Source: Caecitellus pseudoparvulus (taxonomy: Eukaryota > Protista > Bigyra: Bicosoecida). Taken from it: a stretch of DNA of 59,292 bases. The DNA lies in assembly GCA_965644315.1 (NCBI GenBank), contig CBFFRQ010000005.1, forward strand, positions 1 to 59,292, written 5' to 3'. The notes beneath the pieces are model-generated. The model worked only from the letters and a program-made list of their open reading frames with translations, ran no database searches and had not been told where the DNA came from. Of this stretch, positions 47,041-59,292 are shown one piece after another. The position numbers and the translations under genes were made by a program. Every line of letters starts with the position of its first letter. The stretch's first letter is position 1.

Positions 47041-48113
47041 TCACATGAGCAGGCAACCCTTGCCCCCTTGCCCCCCACTCCCAGCTGCAGCTGCTGCGGC
47101 GGCCGTGGCTGTCTCAAGGGTGGGCGCAGCAGATGCAGCCTCGGGCAAGTTCGCCTTGAGTGCGCTCGCGACGTCCTCAGGCAAGCCATGCTCCGCGGCG
47201 ACCTCATCCACGAGGGCCTGGTCGCCATGGCCACCCACAAACCCACACAGGCGTGCGGCAAGCGTGCTCTTCAGCAGCAGCTCGTCAGTGGTCAGGCCAG
47301 CCGCCGCGACCAGCCTGGAGCGGTTCCGCAGGTAGTACCTGCGAGGCGCGGGCAGCGAGGGGGCATGCAGTAGAATGCGGGACTGCATAGCCGTGCTCAG
47401 TATTTACTTCTGATGGTAGTCCTCAGCCACGAAGAAGGTGGTGAGGGGTGTCACGACGGTTGTCGGCTTGGCACCCACGGCCTGTGTGACAGCCTTCACG
47501 CTCTTGGCAGCGACAGCTGCCTGGTCGTCACCCAGTGTGAACAACGCCTTCATGTACTGTCGTGAGCGCTGCGCGCCTCGTGGGTTGTGGGCTGCGGGGC
47601 GCAGGAAGGCAGGTCTTTGGACGGCTGCGACGTGCAACGCCACTGCGCCCGCTCACATGTCCAGAACCAAGCCAACAGGTCCTCATACGACAGTACAGAC
47701 GGATCGAACTCCACTGCAACAGTCTCGGTGTGGTCCCCCATGGACCTGTACGTGACGCCTTTGACTTTGCTACCGCCTGGGAGCAGAGAGAAGGAGTGCT
47801 TCGGGTGGAATTCTGCAGCCACGCCGGCACATCGAGGGCCCAAACCACCCACATGACGCAAACAGCACAGGCGCAACACTCACCAGCATACCCAGCACGG
47901 GTTGAAACGACTCCTCGCATGCCACCCTGTGGGGACGCCGTGGAGGTGACATGTGGGGTGACGGAGCACCACGCGGAAATTGGTTGCGCTTGCATCCGCT
48001 TGCGGGAACTTGGCGCGCACCAGCTCAGAGTCGGGGCCCCAGAATCAGGACAGTGCGATAAAGGCCCAGTCATTGCCCTCCCCCTTGTCCTCCAAGTTCA
48101 GCGGCTCACACAT
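47041..48113 (-). CDS. msrA: Selenoprotein methionine sulfoxide reductase A (spliced; Sec codon at 48045-48047)
   Basis: MCEPL...AFIALS-TGA-FWGPDSEL, then GVVSTRAGYAGG, TYRSMGDHTE..VEFDP, QY, and AEDYHQKYYL. Confidence 0.9.
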
Positions 48114-48462
48114 GGTGCGTGTGGTGTGGGCTTAGTTAGCTGCGAGTTGAGATGGAAGCCAGCGCTGCTTGGAGCAGAAAGTGCAGCCTTGCAACGGATG
48201 GCAGATCATAAGAAGTGGCCTGAGTGGAAATGAGTTATCTGGTCACAGACTTAGCGTGCCCGCAGCATGTGCAGCCCCCCCTTCCGCGTATACCGGGCGC
48301 GTGTCCGGAGTGGACAGTCGCCTTCACACAGCAGAGCGTCCATCAGACACTCCCCCACGCCGTGGCGCAAGCGACACTGGCGCTCCGAACTCATTACCCC
48401 CAGCTCAGCCCATTCCTCACGCTGAAGTCGCTCCACCCCACCTCTGCCTTATCGTGGGCAGC

Positions 48463-51400
48463 ATGGAGCACTCCCACTCCGCCCCTGTGCCGGGTGGTGG
48501 TGCAGCGGAGCAACCCCTTTCGCAGGGCGACGGCAAAGGGGTGCCAACGCCTGAGCCACGGGGCCATGTCCGCTCCCCGGGAAGCTCTGGCAGCACAGAG
48601 TACAACATGCACCTTCGCAGTATGTCTGAGGGCTCCGCAGCCAGCACCAGCATGGCCACGGTGGCGTCAACCGCAAAGCATGGACGACGCCACCGGCGGC
48701 GCAAAAGCCGCATGACAACTGCCCAGCTCGTGCAAGCCAAGCGCGCCGCAACATCTGAGGTGCACTTCGACATCCCGGAAGACGATGGCACTACAGAGCA
48801 TGTTACCATGCACCAGTATGACATCGGCCTCATCGAGACGTTCCAGACGCGTATGTTGCAGCTGCCGTACCACGTTCTGCCGTGTGCTTTTCCACTTCAC
48901 ACACTCTGGGCTCACCTGCATGAACACACCACAGGAGCTCGCTTCTTCATGTACTTCACGCACAAGCGCCGGCACTACTTCCGTCGCCACTGTGACAAGT
49001 GCGTGCGGCGGGCGCTGGGCTCGCAGCACAAGTGCTTGTCGCACACTCCGATCCTGATGCTCCTCAGGCTGCTCTACTACGTTGGCTTCCTCTGCTTCTT
49101 CGTGGCTGCTCAAGTGTCTGTGTTTCAGAATCGGTGCGTGGCCGCGGCGCCCTAGCCCCAGCGGCTGCAAGCAGACCTTGGCACACCCCTCATGTCGCTC
49201 CGTTCCCTTTCAGCCTCATCTTCCAGATGGGTGCTGGCACGGCTGACGCGTTGCTGGAAGAGGAGTTCCCGGACTCCATCACACACGTAAGGCGCCTTGA
49301 GCACACGAATGCCCCCCTCCCCGCCTTGCCACGCCCCTGCTTCCACCTTGCTGCCTGCAGATCCAGAAAACCTTCTGGGACATCGGCACTGCAGGGGAAA
49401 TGAACCAGTGGATGCAGGGTGTCTTGGTGCCTCAATTCTACACCTCTGAGACTGGGTTCAACGATGGCGACGTTGGCAAGCTGTTTGGTCAGAACGCAGT
49501 CATTGGAGGCATCCGCATCGGCCAGCTGCGCAGCCGCCCCACCGCGCAGTGCAACGGCATTAGCTCCAAGTTCCCCTCTCGAGACGGCCAAATTCTGCGC
49601 CTGCCTTGCTGGGCCGCTGGAGACAGCTGGGACAGCGACTTTGAAGCCACTGGCGACCTCCGACGCGGAGACACCTCCATCGTCTTCCACTACAACGGCG
49701 GCCTGTCTGGTGCTGGGCCCGATGCTGTGCCGGGCACTTCGTTCTACTCCGTGAAAGGCGAGCGGGCCTTCTTCAGCAACTCAGCAGGCATCCTGACTGA
49801 CCAAAACATTGCATACCCAAGTCCTGCCTACGGTGAGTGTGTAGGTGGGCGCCGCCACTTGAGCTTCCAGCTGCACTCCGCGACCTCCTCGCCACACAGG
49901 AATCGTACTGCCGCACCCGACGGACGTGAATGCCTCAGCACGTGCGGAGGCCCTCGTAGCTGCAGTGGAGGCTGGGCAGTATGTGGATGCAGACACCCGT
50001 CTCGTGACGGTGCAGTTCTCCCTGTACAACGAAAACGTCGACCAGTTCGCCATCTACACGCTGTACATTGAGTTCCCCGTCACCGGCGGCGTCAACGTCG
50101 GCAGCAAGAACAACATCGTGCGCCTGTTCACTGTCACCACTGCTCGCAGCTGGTCCGACATTGTGCTGGAGACCATCGTCGCTCTGTACTTCCTGGGCTT
50201 CCTGGTGAACGAAGTGTTCCAGGTGCTGCGACACGGACTGAACGCGCTGCTGGCCACCCACAACATCCTGCACAACGCCAACATCTTCCTCTACGCTGGC
50301 ACGTGGATTTGCCGCATCGCAGCTACCTACGCCACCATCCGCCAGGATGAGTTGGAGTGGAACGCTTCCGTGTACTACGGCTTGCAAGCTGCTGGCAGCT
50401 TGCGCACGCTGGCAGTGTCCTTTGCCGCAGTCAACGCCTTCTTGGTCTGGTTCAAGCTAGCACACTACTTGTCCGCGCTGCCCCAGTTTGCTCTGGTCAC
50501 GGGAACCCTGTACCGTGCTATCAAGCCGTGTGTCTCGGTACGTGCACGGCTCTACCGCGACCTGCGCCCAGCCCCCGACTGCCACTCCCAACACTACCCC
50601 CGCAGTTCCTCGTCGTCTTTGGAGTCGTGTACTTCGGGTGAGTAGCTGTTCATGTGCGTGCGACCCACGGCAGCGACTGCCACCGCAACGCTGCCCCCTT
50701 GCAGGTTCGCAAGTGCCCACATGCTGGTGTTTGGGCAGGAGCTGGAAGGGTACCAGAACCTGCGCGAGACCTCATACTCCCTCCTCATGTCCCTCGTCGG
50801 AGATCTGCAGCTGTTTGAACTTGAGCGGGTGAATGCCTGGTGGGGCCCACTCTTCGTCATCTGCTTCACTCTGGTGCGTAGCGATTGAAGTTGCTCACTC
50901 CCTGCAACACCGCACCCACCCATGCCACCTGCTGCGCCTGCTCAGATTGCAAGCTTCATCGTCCTGAACGTGTTCATTGCCATCGTGACTGAAGGTGTGT
51001 CGCATGCCGAGTGCCCTGCTGCTGCTGCAGGGGTGCCTTCAGCTTCACCCCTCTCTGCGCCGCACAGGGTACGAGGAGATCCGCGACGAGCTGGCACGCT
51101 CCAACAAGTACAACCTGCAGAACGAGGCAGGGTGGTACATTGTGGACAAGCTGCGCCAGCTGCCCTACTGCGGCAAGTGGCTGGACCAGAAGGCACGGTA
51201 CTACTTCTCCACCGCCCGCCTGAAACGCCGGGTGAACCGCCAGAGCGAGCGCCTCAAGGCAGTGCTGCGCCGCCGAGGCGTCAAGATCAGCTCCTCTGGC
51301 GCTGCTGCCGGCATCCATGGCAGCAACATGTACGAGCCCGAGCTCAGCAGCATGGGCGAAGCCACCGAGCCCGACCTTCCGCAGGAGGAGAGCACATGCA

Positions 51401-51990
51401 GCAAGATGTGCTGGCCCTTCAAGCCACTCATCCGGTACCTGGAATCGGGCGACACGGCCCGTGGCCTGCCAGACAATACCGTGTATGGCCAGTATGGCCA
51501 GCGCATCCTGCGCCAAGTGTACCCCCCTGACGACCAGCCGTTGGCGCGGCGCCGGGTGGCTCAGGTCGCTGCAGACCCAAACCAACTGCCGGCAGCTCCC
51601 CCGCCAGGAGTCTCCGCGGCAGTGGGCCCCGCTGAAGTGGAAGATAAGCCCACCGCTGCGCAGCCCACAGGGCCGCAGGTCAGCACTGTGGACGAGGTGT
51701 CCGAGGTGGAGCTGCCGCCTCTCGGCTCAGCTGTCGGCTCCGGGGGTGCGAGTGACTCAGATGCCGAGGGCCAGGCACCTGCCCCAGCCACCGGCGCCGA
51801 TGCTGATGCAGGGACGACGTCTGAAGTGCACCTGGCAGTCGGAAGCGGGTCTAAGGAGGAGGGCGCAGGTGAGAGTGAAGGGTCTCCCATGGTCTTTGCC
51901 GCTGCTGATTCTGACGAGGCTGAGCCCGAAGCAAAGGAGGACGGAGGGGACCGCTACGCAGTCGAAGACACTAAGAGCGCTGGAGATTGA
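48463..51990 (+). CDS. Polycystin-2 (PKD2/TRPP)-like cation channel (spliced)
   Basis: IGGIRIGQLR..C, DADTRLVTVQFSLYNENV, IEFPVTGGV, WFKL, VFG pore region, FIVLNVFIAIV.EGY. Confidence 0.88.
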
Positions 51991-52253
51991 GGTCCGGGTT
52001 GCTGCCTGCAGTACCTGCACTTGGGCAGGCTCCGCAATGCACCAATGTCAGGAAGCAGTAGTGCTGCCGCCATTCCGCTTCCCAGGCCATAATATCAACA
52101 GGTCAACTAAAATTGCAAGGCCCTCTGGGATGTTTAATGATCTCCGTGCACGCTGGCTGTTCAGCCTGGTGCTGGTGCACGTTGAAAGGAATTTGCCCAG
52201 CGAGCAAAGGTTTCACGGGGACCAGCCATGGTGAGGGTGCTGCGCAAGTCGCC

Positions 52254-53131
52254 ATGGTACACACCGATGCCGCACTGCCTTCACGTTTCTAATGACAGGG
52301 CTTGCTGACAATTCTTAAGAAGATCAAGCAGAAGGAGAAGGAGGTCCGCATGCTCATTCTGTACGGTGCCGAAAGCTGGCAGAGCACAGTGGGCGTTTCA
52401 CGCGTAACGTCATTTCCCCACCCCTGCGCTCACAGTGGCCTGGATAACGCAGGCAAGACAACCATCGTAAAGAAGTTCAATGGCGAGGATATTGATACCA
52501 TTTCCCCCACCCTTGGCTTCCAAATCAAGACGCTGGAGTACGCTGGGTGCGTGTCGCTGCGAGGAATGTGCGCGATGAGCTGCGGCGCACACAGAGGCCA
52601 TTCTGCGGACTCCAGGTACAAGCTGAACATCTGGGACGTGGGCGGGCAGAAAACCATTCGATCTTATTGGCGAAACTACTTCGAGGAGGTGCGATGCGCT
52701 GCGCCCGCTGCAGCCACTGTGTGCCACGCCGCGCTTGCACCTTGTCCAGACGGATGGACTGATTTGGGTCGTGGACTCCTCAGACCGACGCAGACTGCGA
52801 GACTGCAAGGAAGAGCTGTTCAAGGTGCTGAAGCAGGAGGTGCGTGCTCCGCAGCCTGCGCTTCAGAGGCGCAGCGTCCTCACCTGCTGCGCTGCCGCCG
52901 CTGCCCCAGAAACTTGCGGGCGCTTCTCTGCTCATCTTCGCGAACAAACAAGACCTGGAAGGCGCGCTGTCCTGCGAGGAGATCGCGACGGTGCTGGAGC
53001 TGGAAGGGGAGCAGTTCGCCTCCCGGCACTGGAGCATCACACCCTGCAGCGCCGTGACTGGGGACGGACTGGTCACGGGCGTGGACTGGCTGGTGGAGGA
53101 CATCGCCGGCCGCATCTTCGTCGGGGAGTGA
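52254..53131 (+). CDS. ARL2: ADP-ribosylation factor-like protein 2 (spliced)
   Basis: M|[56 protein letters not shown]. Confidence 0.95.
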
Positions 53132-53393
53132 GGGTGCAGTGTGTGTCTGGCAAAGGCGCCCCTTTCTTTCCAGCCCGAGCTTGCAAACGGCCGAAGGGAT
53201 CCACAGGTCAGCACAGCGCACGTGCGTGATACCCCTCCTTGCGCTTGGGTGTGGACTTGCAGGTCGTCACATCTTCCAAATTCAACCACCCGTTGCACTA
53301 TGCTGTCATCGTGTGCTGCCCTGCACCTCTGCGTCCCACCCTGCAGCCCGCGAGCCAGCCAGGTCCGCCTCTCGCCACACCTCCCCTTCCACC

Positions 53394-54005
53394 ATGTCCA
53401 GCGGTGCCGCCTCAGCCGGAGGCGCGCGGGAGAAGCAGCAGGCTCTCCTTGAGAAGTTCAGGGATCTTCAGTCAGGTACGGTGTCTGCCCTGTCGCCGCG
53501 GCCTGGTCACGCGCGATTGCAGGCCGCAGCAAGCCAACGCCAATCTGGTCAGTAGCAACCCTGCTGAGCGATCCCCCGCCCCACTCACAGAGCTCCAGGA
53601 CCTCATGCTCAAGCAGCAACAAATGGAGGCGCAGATCAACGAGAACACCATGGTGAAATCTGTGAGCTCTCTCCAGCAAGCGCTGCGGCACGTCTGTTTT
53701 GGCAGCGCCGTAACGCTACTGAAACGCCCGACAATGCGCAGGAGTTCGACAAGCTTGGGGACGACGATGAGGTGCACAAGCTGGTTGGCCCGGTGCTGGT
53801 CAAGACCCCCGTCGCAGAGGCAAAGACTGCCATTTCTTCCCGGCTGCAGTTCATTGAGGAGCAGATGAAGTCAGTGTCCCGCACACTGGAGGCCAAGCAA
53901 GCAGAGCAGGATGCGCTGAGGGCAGACATCGTCAAGTTCCAGCAGGAGCATGCTGCTGAGCTGGCCGCAGCTGCCAGCAGGCCCGCCCCTCAGGGCAGCG
54001 CCTGA
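53394..54005 (+). CDS. PFDN6: Prefoldin subunit 6 (spliced)
   Basis: EAQINENTMVK.EF, VHKLVGPVLVK, EAK...RLQFI. Confidence 0.88.
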
Positions 54006-54033
54006 GCTCCACGAAATGCACAGTGTCCAGCCC

Positions 54034-54985
54034 CTACACCAGACCTCGCTCAGCCCACCCCAACACATGCACTGGGGCCGGTGCAAACCGCAGACGAGAG
54101 CGCAGGCTGGCCAGGTCCTCCTCCCATAGCTCTTCGTACGGCACTGCCATCAACGGCGCACACGCAGAGCCCACACGCACTGCCCAGGGGGCAAGGTGCC
54201 TGGTCAGAGCTCGGCGCTGGGCGCTGGGCAGGCGCGCTGGCGCCACGAGGGCAGACAGCGCCGCCATGGGCAGGCCAGTGTGCACCATCTCCAGCCACTT
54301 GAGGGCCACCTCCCCCACAACAGTGGGCGGCAAGCCAGACAGCACGTGCCAGAAATCGTGCACCTCCCTGTACCGCTGCATGACGTACCGCAGGTGCGGC
54401 TCGTCCACGAACCGGCACACCTTGCGCTCTGTCGGGTCGAAGCCGTTGGAAGTGAGGTACTCGGCATAGCCCCTGCCGAACGTGCCGGGGGGCAGAGTGG
54501 CCAGGCGCGCCACGTCTGCCGCACTCAGGCGAATGCGAGGCTGCTCTCGCAGCAGCCGTGCCCCGTCGACGTCGCTGGCCATGCTATCATACATGCGTTG
54601 CAGTGCAAGTGGTCCTGAGTGCAACAAGGTGTGTGAAGGTGCGCGTTCGGCAGCCCAGGGCGCACCGCATCGCTTTCAATCCTTGCTCACCTGTCACTTC
54701 GCCGAGTGTTGCGATGGCATCATCCCGTTCAGGGTCCAGGAAAGCTGTGAAAGCCGCCTCCACACCAAGGCGCACCTTTTCACATGCAGACGTCGGCACG
54801 TGGGCTGCTGCAAGTTCGGCACCTGCCTGGAGGGTGCCATCTGCAACGGCACTTGATGCGGAAGTTGGAGCTGATCCAAATTCCGCGGCGACGCCAACTG
54901 GCGACGTCAGCCCGGTCCGCGATCCGAAACGGTGCAGAGGAGCAAAGGTTCGACGTGAGAGGACTCTGGATAACTGTCCAAGCAT
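54034..54985 (-). CDS. COQ4: Ubiquinone biosynthesis protein COQ4 (spliced)
   Basis: AFLDPERDDAIATLGEVTG, YVMQRYREVHDFWHVL, GEVALKWLE..HTGLPM. Confidence 0.93.
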
Positions 54986-55277
54986 GCTTGGTCGGCTGCT
55001 GAGCCAAGAGCTCACAGAGTGAAACGCACGCGTCGAAACACGCTCGCCTGGATCAGTTTTTGATGCACGGTGATGTACCAGCCAGCCAATGCACTCTGTG
55101 CGAAGCTTATCAGGGAGAGAAAGAGCGCACGAAAAGGTGATGCACGGGAAAATGGATGTGGTGGCACACAAGGAATGTGCTCTGAAGCTCTGTGATTTCT
55201 GAGAGTGGAAAAGTGCAGTGCAGCGACCGCCACCGCATCAACTAAACACAGCAGCCGTCAAATGAGGAAACAATGAT

Positions 55278-55293
55278 GGTGTTGAGTAACACC
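55278..55293 (-). promoter_or_regulatory. Histone 3' stem-loop (H2B)
   Basis: GGTGTT-ACTC-AACACC, flanked by CCAAC and ATCA. Confidence 0.85.
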
Positions 55294-55370
55294 GTTGGGG
55301 GTGGTGGGTGTGCAGGAAAGGGGGGGGTGACTTGCTCCCCCCACTCCACTGCACAGGGAAGTCCAGACGC

Positions 55371-55724
55371 TTAGGCGGAGGTGAACTTGGTCACAGCCTT
55401 GGTGCCCTCGGACACGGCGTGCTTGGCCAGCTCACCAGGCAGCACCAGGCGCACGGCAGTCTGCACCTCGCGGGAGGACAGGGTGGCCTTCTTGTTGTAG
55501 CGGGCCAGGGAAGCGGCCTCGGCGCACACGCGGTCAAAGACGTCGTTGATGAAGGAGTTCATGATGCCCATGCCCTTCTTGGAGATGCCGATCTCGGGGT
55601 GCACCTGCTTCAGCACGCGGTAGATGTAGGTGGAGTAGCTCTCCACGCGCTTCTTCTTGGAGCCAGTGGAGGTGGAGGACTTGCCGGCCTTCTTGGCGGA
55701 CTTCTTGGAAGGGGTCTTGGCCAT
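55371..55724 (-). CDS. H2B: Histone H2B
   Basis: [16 protein letters not shown]...[12 protein letters not shown]; intronless. Confidence 0.99.
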   Translation of the reverse strand: MAKTPSKKSAKKAGKSSTSTGSKKKRVESYSTYIYRVLKQVHPEIGISKKGMGIMNSFINDVFDRVCAEAASLARYNKKATLSSREVQTAVRLVLPGELAKHAVSEGTKAVTKFTSA

Positions 55725-56183
55725 GGTGATGGGTGGGGGTGTGTGACACGGGGAAGTGAGCACTGGGGTGCTGGGAAGCGTGTGTGATGGAGGTGGGAGT
55801 GTAGAGTGATGTGGGGGCAAGCGAGGGAGTGTGGGTGGAGGTGGGCGGGAGTGTGCTGTGTGCACTGCGCCACACGCACTGCTCGGTCACTGACATGCAT
55901 GCACACCAGGCGCATCGGCCACTCGTGTTCTGGAGCTCATGTACAATGTTGACATGTGTAACTGGCATGCAATATCCAGTGAGCGCATCACACAGTCTGG
56001 GCTAGTCCCGTGCATATGCTTCAGCAGTACACATGCACACCCCGCCAGCCCCGTCAGCTGCGCGGCCAGTCGCCGCACGCAGCACACTTGCCCCGCCCAA
56101 GCCACTATCAATCATCCCCACCAACTCACCACGCATCATCAGCATCGTCACGTTGTGACCACCGCACACACATCTCATCCAAC

Positions 56184-56555
56184 ATGTCTGGCAAGGGCAA
56201 GGGCGGCCGCGGCAAGGGCAAGGGTGGCAAGTCCACCTCCCGCTCCGCCAAGGCTGGTCTGCAGTTCCCCGTGGGCCGTGTCGCTCGGTACATGCGCAAC
56301 CAGCGTGTGGCCTCCCGCATCGGCGCGGGTGCCCCCGTGTACCTGGCCGCTGTCCTGGAGTACCTGGCCGCTGAGATCCTGGAGCTGGCTGGCAACGCCG
56401 CTCGTGACAACAAGAAGAGCCGCATCATCCCCCGCCACGTGCAGCTGGCTGTGCGCAACGACGAGGAGCTGAACAAGCTGCTGGCTGGCGTCACCATCGC
56501 GTCTGGTGGTGTGCTGCCCAACATCCACTCTCAGCTGCTGCCCAAGAAGAAGTAA
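56184..56555 (+). CDS. H2A: Histone H2A
   Basis: [14 protein letters not shown]...GGVLPNIH; intronless. Confidence 0.99.
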   Translation: MSGKGKGGRGKGKGGKSTSRSAKAGLQFPVGRVARYMRNQRVASRIGAGAPVYLAAVLEYLAAEILELAGNAARDNKKSRIIPRHVQLAVRNDEELNKLLAGVTIASGGVLPNIHSQLLPKKK

Positions 56556-56628
56556 GCGAGCAGGCTGCTTCGTGCTGTGGCGTCGGCAGGGTGCATCCTG
56601 TCGTATGTGCACAGCAACCACCCCCAAC

Positions 56629-56644
56629 GGTGTTACTCAACACC
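56629..56644 (+). promoter_or_regulatory. Histone 3' stem-loop (H2A)
   Basis: CCAAC-GGTGTT-ACTC-AACACC-ACCA. Confidence 0.85.
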
Positions 56645-56846
56645 ACCAGTATGACGATGTGGGTAGTTGTGCGATCTTTGAAATGAATTGCGGTTGTTTG
56701 CGTGGGGCCCGGCTGTGCATGATGCGTTGGGGTCACAGCCAGGCAGGGTTGAGCGCTTGCAGCGATGTACAAGCGCGCACCACGTGCAGGGTGCATTGAT
56801 CCAGACCTGCCCAGCAAGCCAAGCGTGTGGTGGTGCATGTGAAGGT

Positions 56847-56862
56847 GGTGTTGAGGAACACC
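56847..56862 (-). promoter_or_regulatory. Histone 3' stem-loop (H4)
   Basis: CCAAC-GGTGTT-CCTC-AACACC-ACC. Confidence 0.85.
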
Positions 56863-56940
56863 GTTGGGGTGGTGGGGCGGCGCAGTGCCTGAGCACACAC
56901 GCCGCCTGGCAGGCAAGCCCTGCCAAGGGAAGCAGTCCGC

Positions 56941-57492
<552 letters not shown>

Positions 57493-57541
57493 TCACTGCA
57501 CACTAATCCCACGCCTCGTCGCACTCACACACCTGTTGTGA

Positions 57542-57976
<435 letters not shown>

Positions 57977-58024
57977 ATGCTGCGCAGCCTTGCGGCTCAG
58001 GCTTTGCCTGCCCACCACCCCCAC

Positions 58025-58040
58025 GGTGTTACTCAACACC
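58025..58040 (+). promoter_or_regulatory. Histone 3' stem-loop (H3)
   Basis: CCCAC-GGTGTT-ACTC-AACACC-ACCA. Confidence 0.85.
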
Positions 58041-58227
58041 ACCAACAACTCTTGCACCATGGCTTGCACTGCATCTTGTGGTCTGTGAGCGGGCAAGCGA
58101 TGGACACATGCATTTCAAGCGTCACTGAATCAAACTGCTGCAGGGCCATGTCAATCTGAGCCTGTGTGAAAGCCAAAGCATGTAACACACTGGCTCTTGA
58201 GACTTGCGGGTTGCACGTCTTGGGAAT

Positions 58228-59292
58228 TTACCCTGATGATGTGCCCCCGTCCACACTGGCGCCGCTGGTGCTCTTCTTGCACCGGGCAAAGCTAGGCGAA
58301 GCTCGAGCACGCCCAACTGCACCTGGAGCTGCCCCTCCAGCCACACTCTCCTCCTCACCACGTGCCGCAGAGTCGACCAAGGACTGGATGGAAGCGGAGC
58401 GCATCCTCTCCGAGTTTGCCGCGGCATTCCTCAGCATCAGGCTGGTTCGTCTCGAAGACTTGCGCCGTGTGGTAGCAGCAGATGACGTGGACACCTTGGT
58501 CGACTTCACCATGCTCCTCACTGCCTCCAGACTCGCACCATCTCCCTGACTTGGCTTGGCCAGCACCGTCTTGGACAGACTGCTCAGCTCAAAGCCTTCG
58601 CCCGTGCCTGCACTGGACAGCTTGCTCTTGGACAGCCCCCTGCGCCCTGTAGGCGAACGGAACACGAACGCCAGCCCTGCCGCAAGAGCCTTAGCAAGGG
58701 CACTGGTGCCTTGTAGAGCTGCGCTTGGCACAGCCAACACGAACAGCAGCCCCAACACAGGCACCCAGAAGCCGCAGTTCACGCCTGCCACCACCACGGC
58801 GTCAGCTGCTTGCAGGTCCACCTCAACTGCGCTCAAGTACGGGTTGGAGCGCCCTGCCTCGGCGAAGAAGGCGCCGCTCCTCCAAGCGTACATGGCAAAG
58901 GTAAAACCCGCCTGCACCATGACCCCGCTTTGTACCAGCACTGACAACGAGTGCAGCAGCATCGACTGTCGGTGCAGGCGTGTGATCGCTGCCAGTCGCA
59001 GGCTGTGCCCAGCTCGCTTGTCCAACTCGCTGCGCACTGCATGTTGCAACAGCGGCAAGCCCATCCAAGCTGGCGCGTCCCCCGTCATGAGTAGGGGCTG
59101 CAGCCACAGGTTGGCCGCCATGCACACGGCACACACTGCCCCCGCCATGTACGCGCGGTTGATGAGGAAGGGCGAGGCTGCCGCGGCCAGGGCGAGCGCA
59201 AAGCACTGCCCCAGCCACACGAGGCTGTACCACCACATGGAGGGACGAAAGAAGCCCCAGCTCCACCCCAGACTCGTCCACAGCCACGTCGC
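58228..59292 (-). CDS. C-terminal part of a multi-pass membrane protein (continues beyond the window)
   Basis: 336-aa ORF with several hydrophobic helices and a disordered tail. The frame appears to extend to the window edge. Confidence 0.65.
   Translation of the reverse strand, partial: ATWLWTSLGWSWGFFRPSMWWYSLVWLGQCFALALAAAASPFLINRAYMAGAVCAVCMAANLWLQPLLMTGDAPAWMGLPLLQHAVRSELDKRAGHSLRLAAITRLHRQSMLLHSLSVLVQSGVMVQAGFTFAMYAWRSGAFFAEAGRSNPYLSAVEVDLQAADAVVVAGVNCGFWVPVLGLLFVLAVPSAALQGTSALAKALAAGLAFVFRSPTGRRGLSKSKLSSAGTGEGFELSSLSKTVLAKPSQGDGASLEAVRSMVKSTKVSTSSAATTRRKSSRRTSLMLRNAAANSERMRSASIQSLVDSAARGEEESVAGGAAPGAVGRARASPSFARCKKSTSGASVDGGTSSG

Overview
This window is the left end of a GC-rich, gene-dense eukaryotic chromosome with short introns. 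The host is probably a heterotrophic stramenopile; this is inferred from the H2A/H2B N-termini, the H3 RFQGSAV variant and TPFG-motif proteins. It opens with a (CCCTAA)n telomere (1-262). Next come about 14 kb of head-to-tail non-LTR retroelement pieces, all with their 3' ends toward the centromere. Each piece ends in a shared 3' motif (..AATGCATTG..CTAA/CC) that runs into telomeric sequence. From distal to proximal the array holds: a near-full-length but frameshifted ORF1-APE-RT-zinc-knuckle element (A); an intact ORF1-only relative with no RT (B); a buried ~420-bp telomere tract; a 3'-UTR fragment (D) followed by ~90-100-nt 3'-end tags joined by 1-2 telomere repeats; and a 5'-truncated RT element (C) fused 11 nt past the stop codon of the last host gene. 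This resembles a HeT-A/TAHRE-like terminal retrotransposon system working alongside TTAGGG telomerase-type repeats, and it is the main finding. Inward of the array lie a giant RCC1/IPT/multi-TM surface protein, a TPR protein, an S9 peptidase, DGAT2, RAD9, an ATAD3-like ATPase with an apparent signal peptide, DDX54, a dynein light chain, a MESD-like chaperone and an alpha/beta hydrolase. Further in are a selenoprotein MsrA (in-frame UGA plus a SECIS with an ACGA core), a PKD2-like channel, ARL2, PFDN6, COQ4, and an H2B/H2A/H4/H3 cluster with variant 3' stem-loops. Family assignments come from motif recognition by eye; no searches were run, and exon boundaries are approximate.
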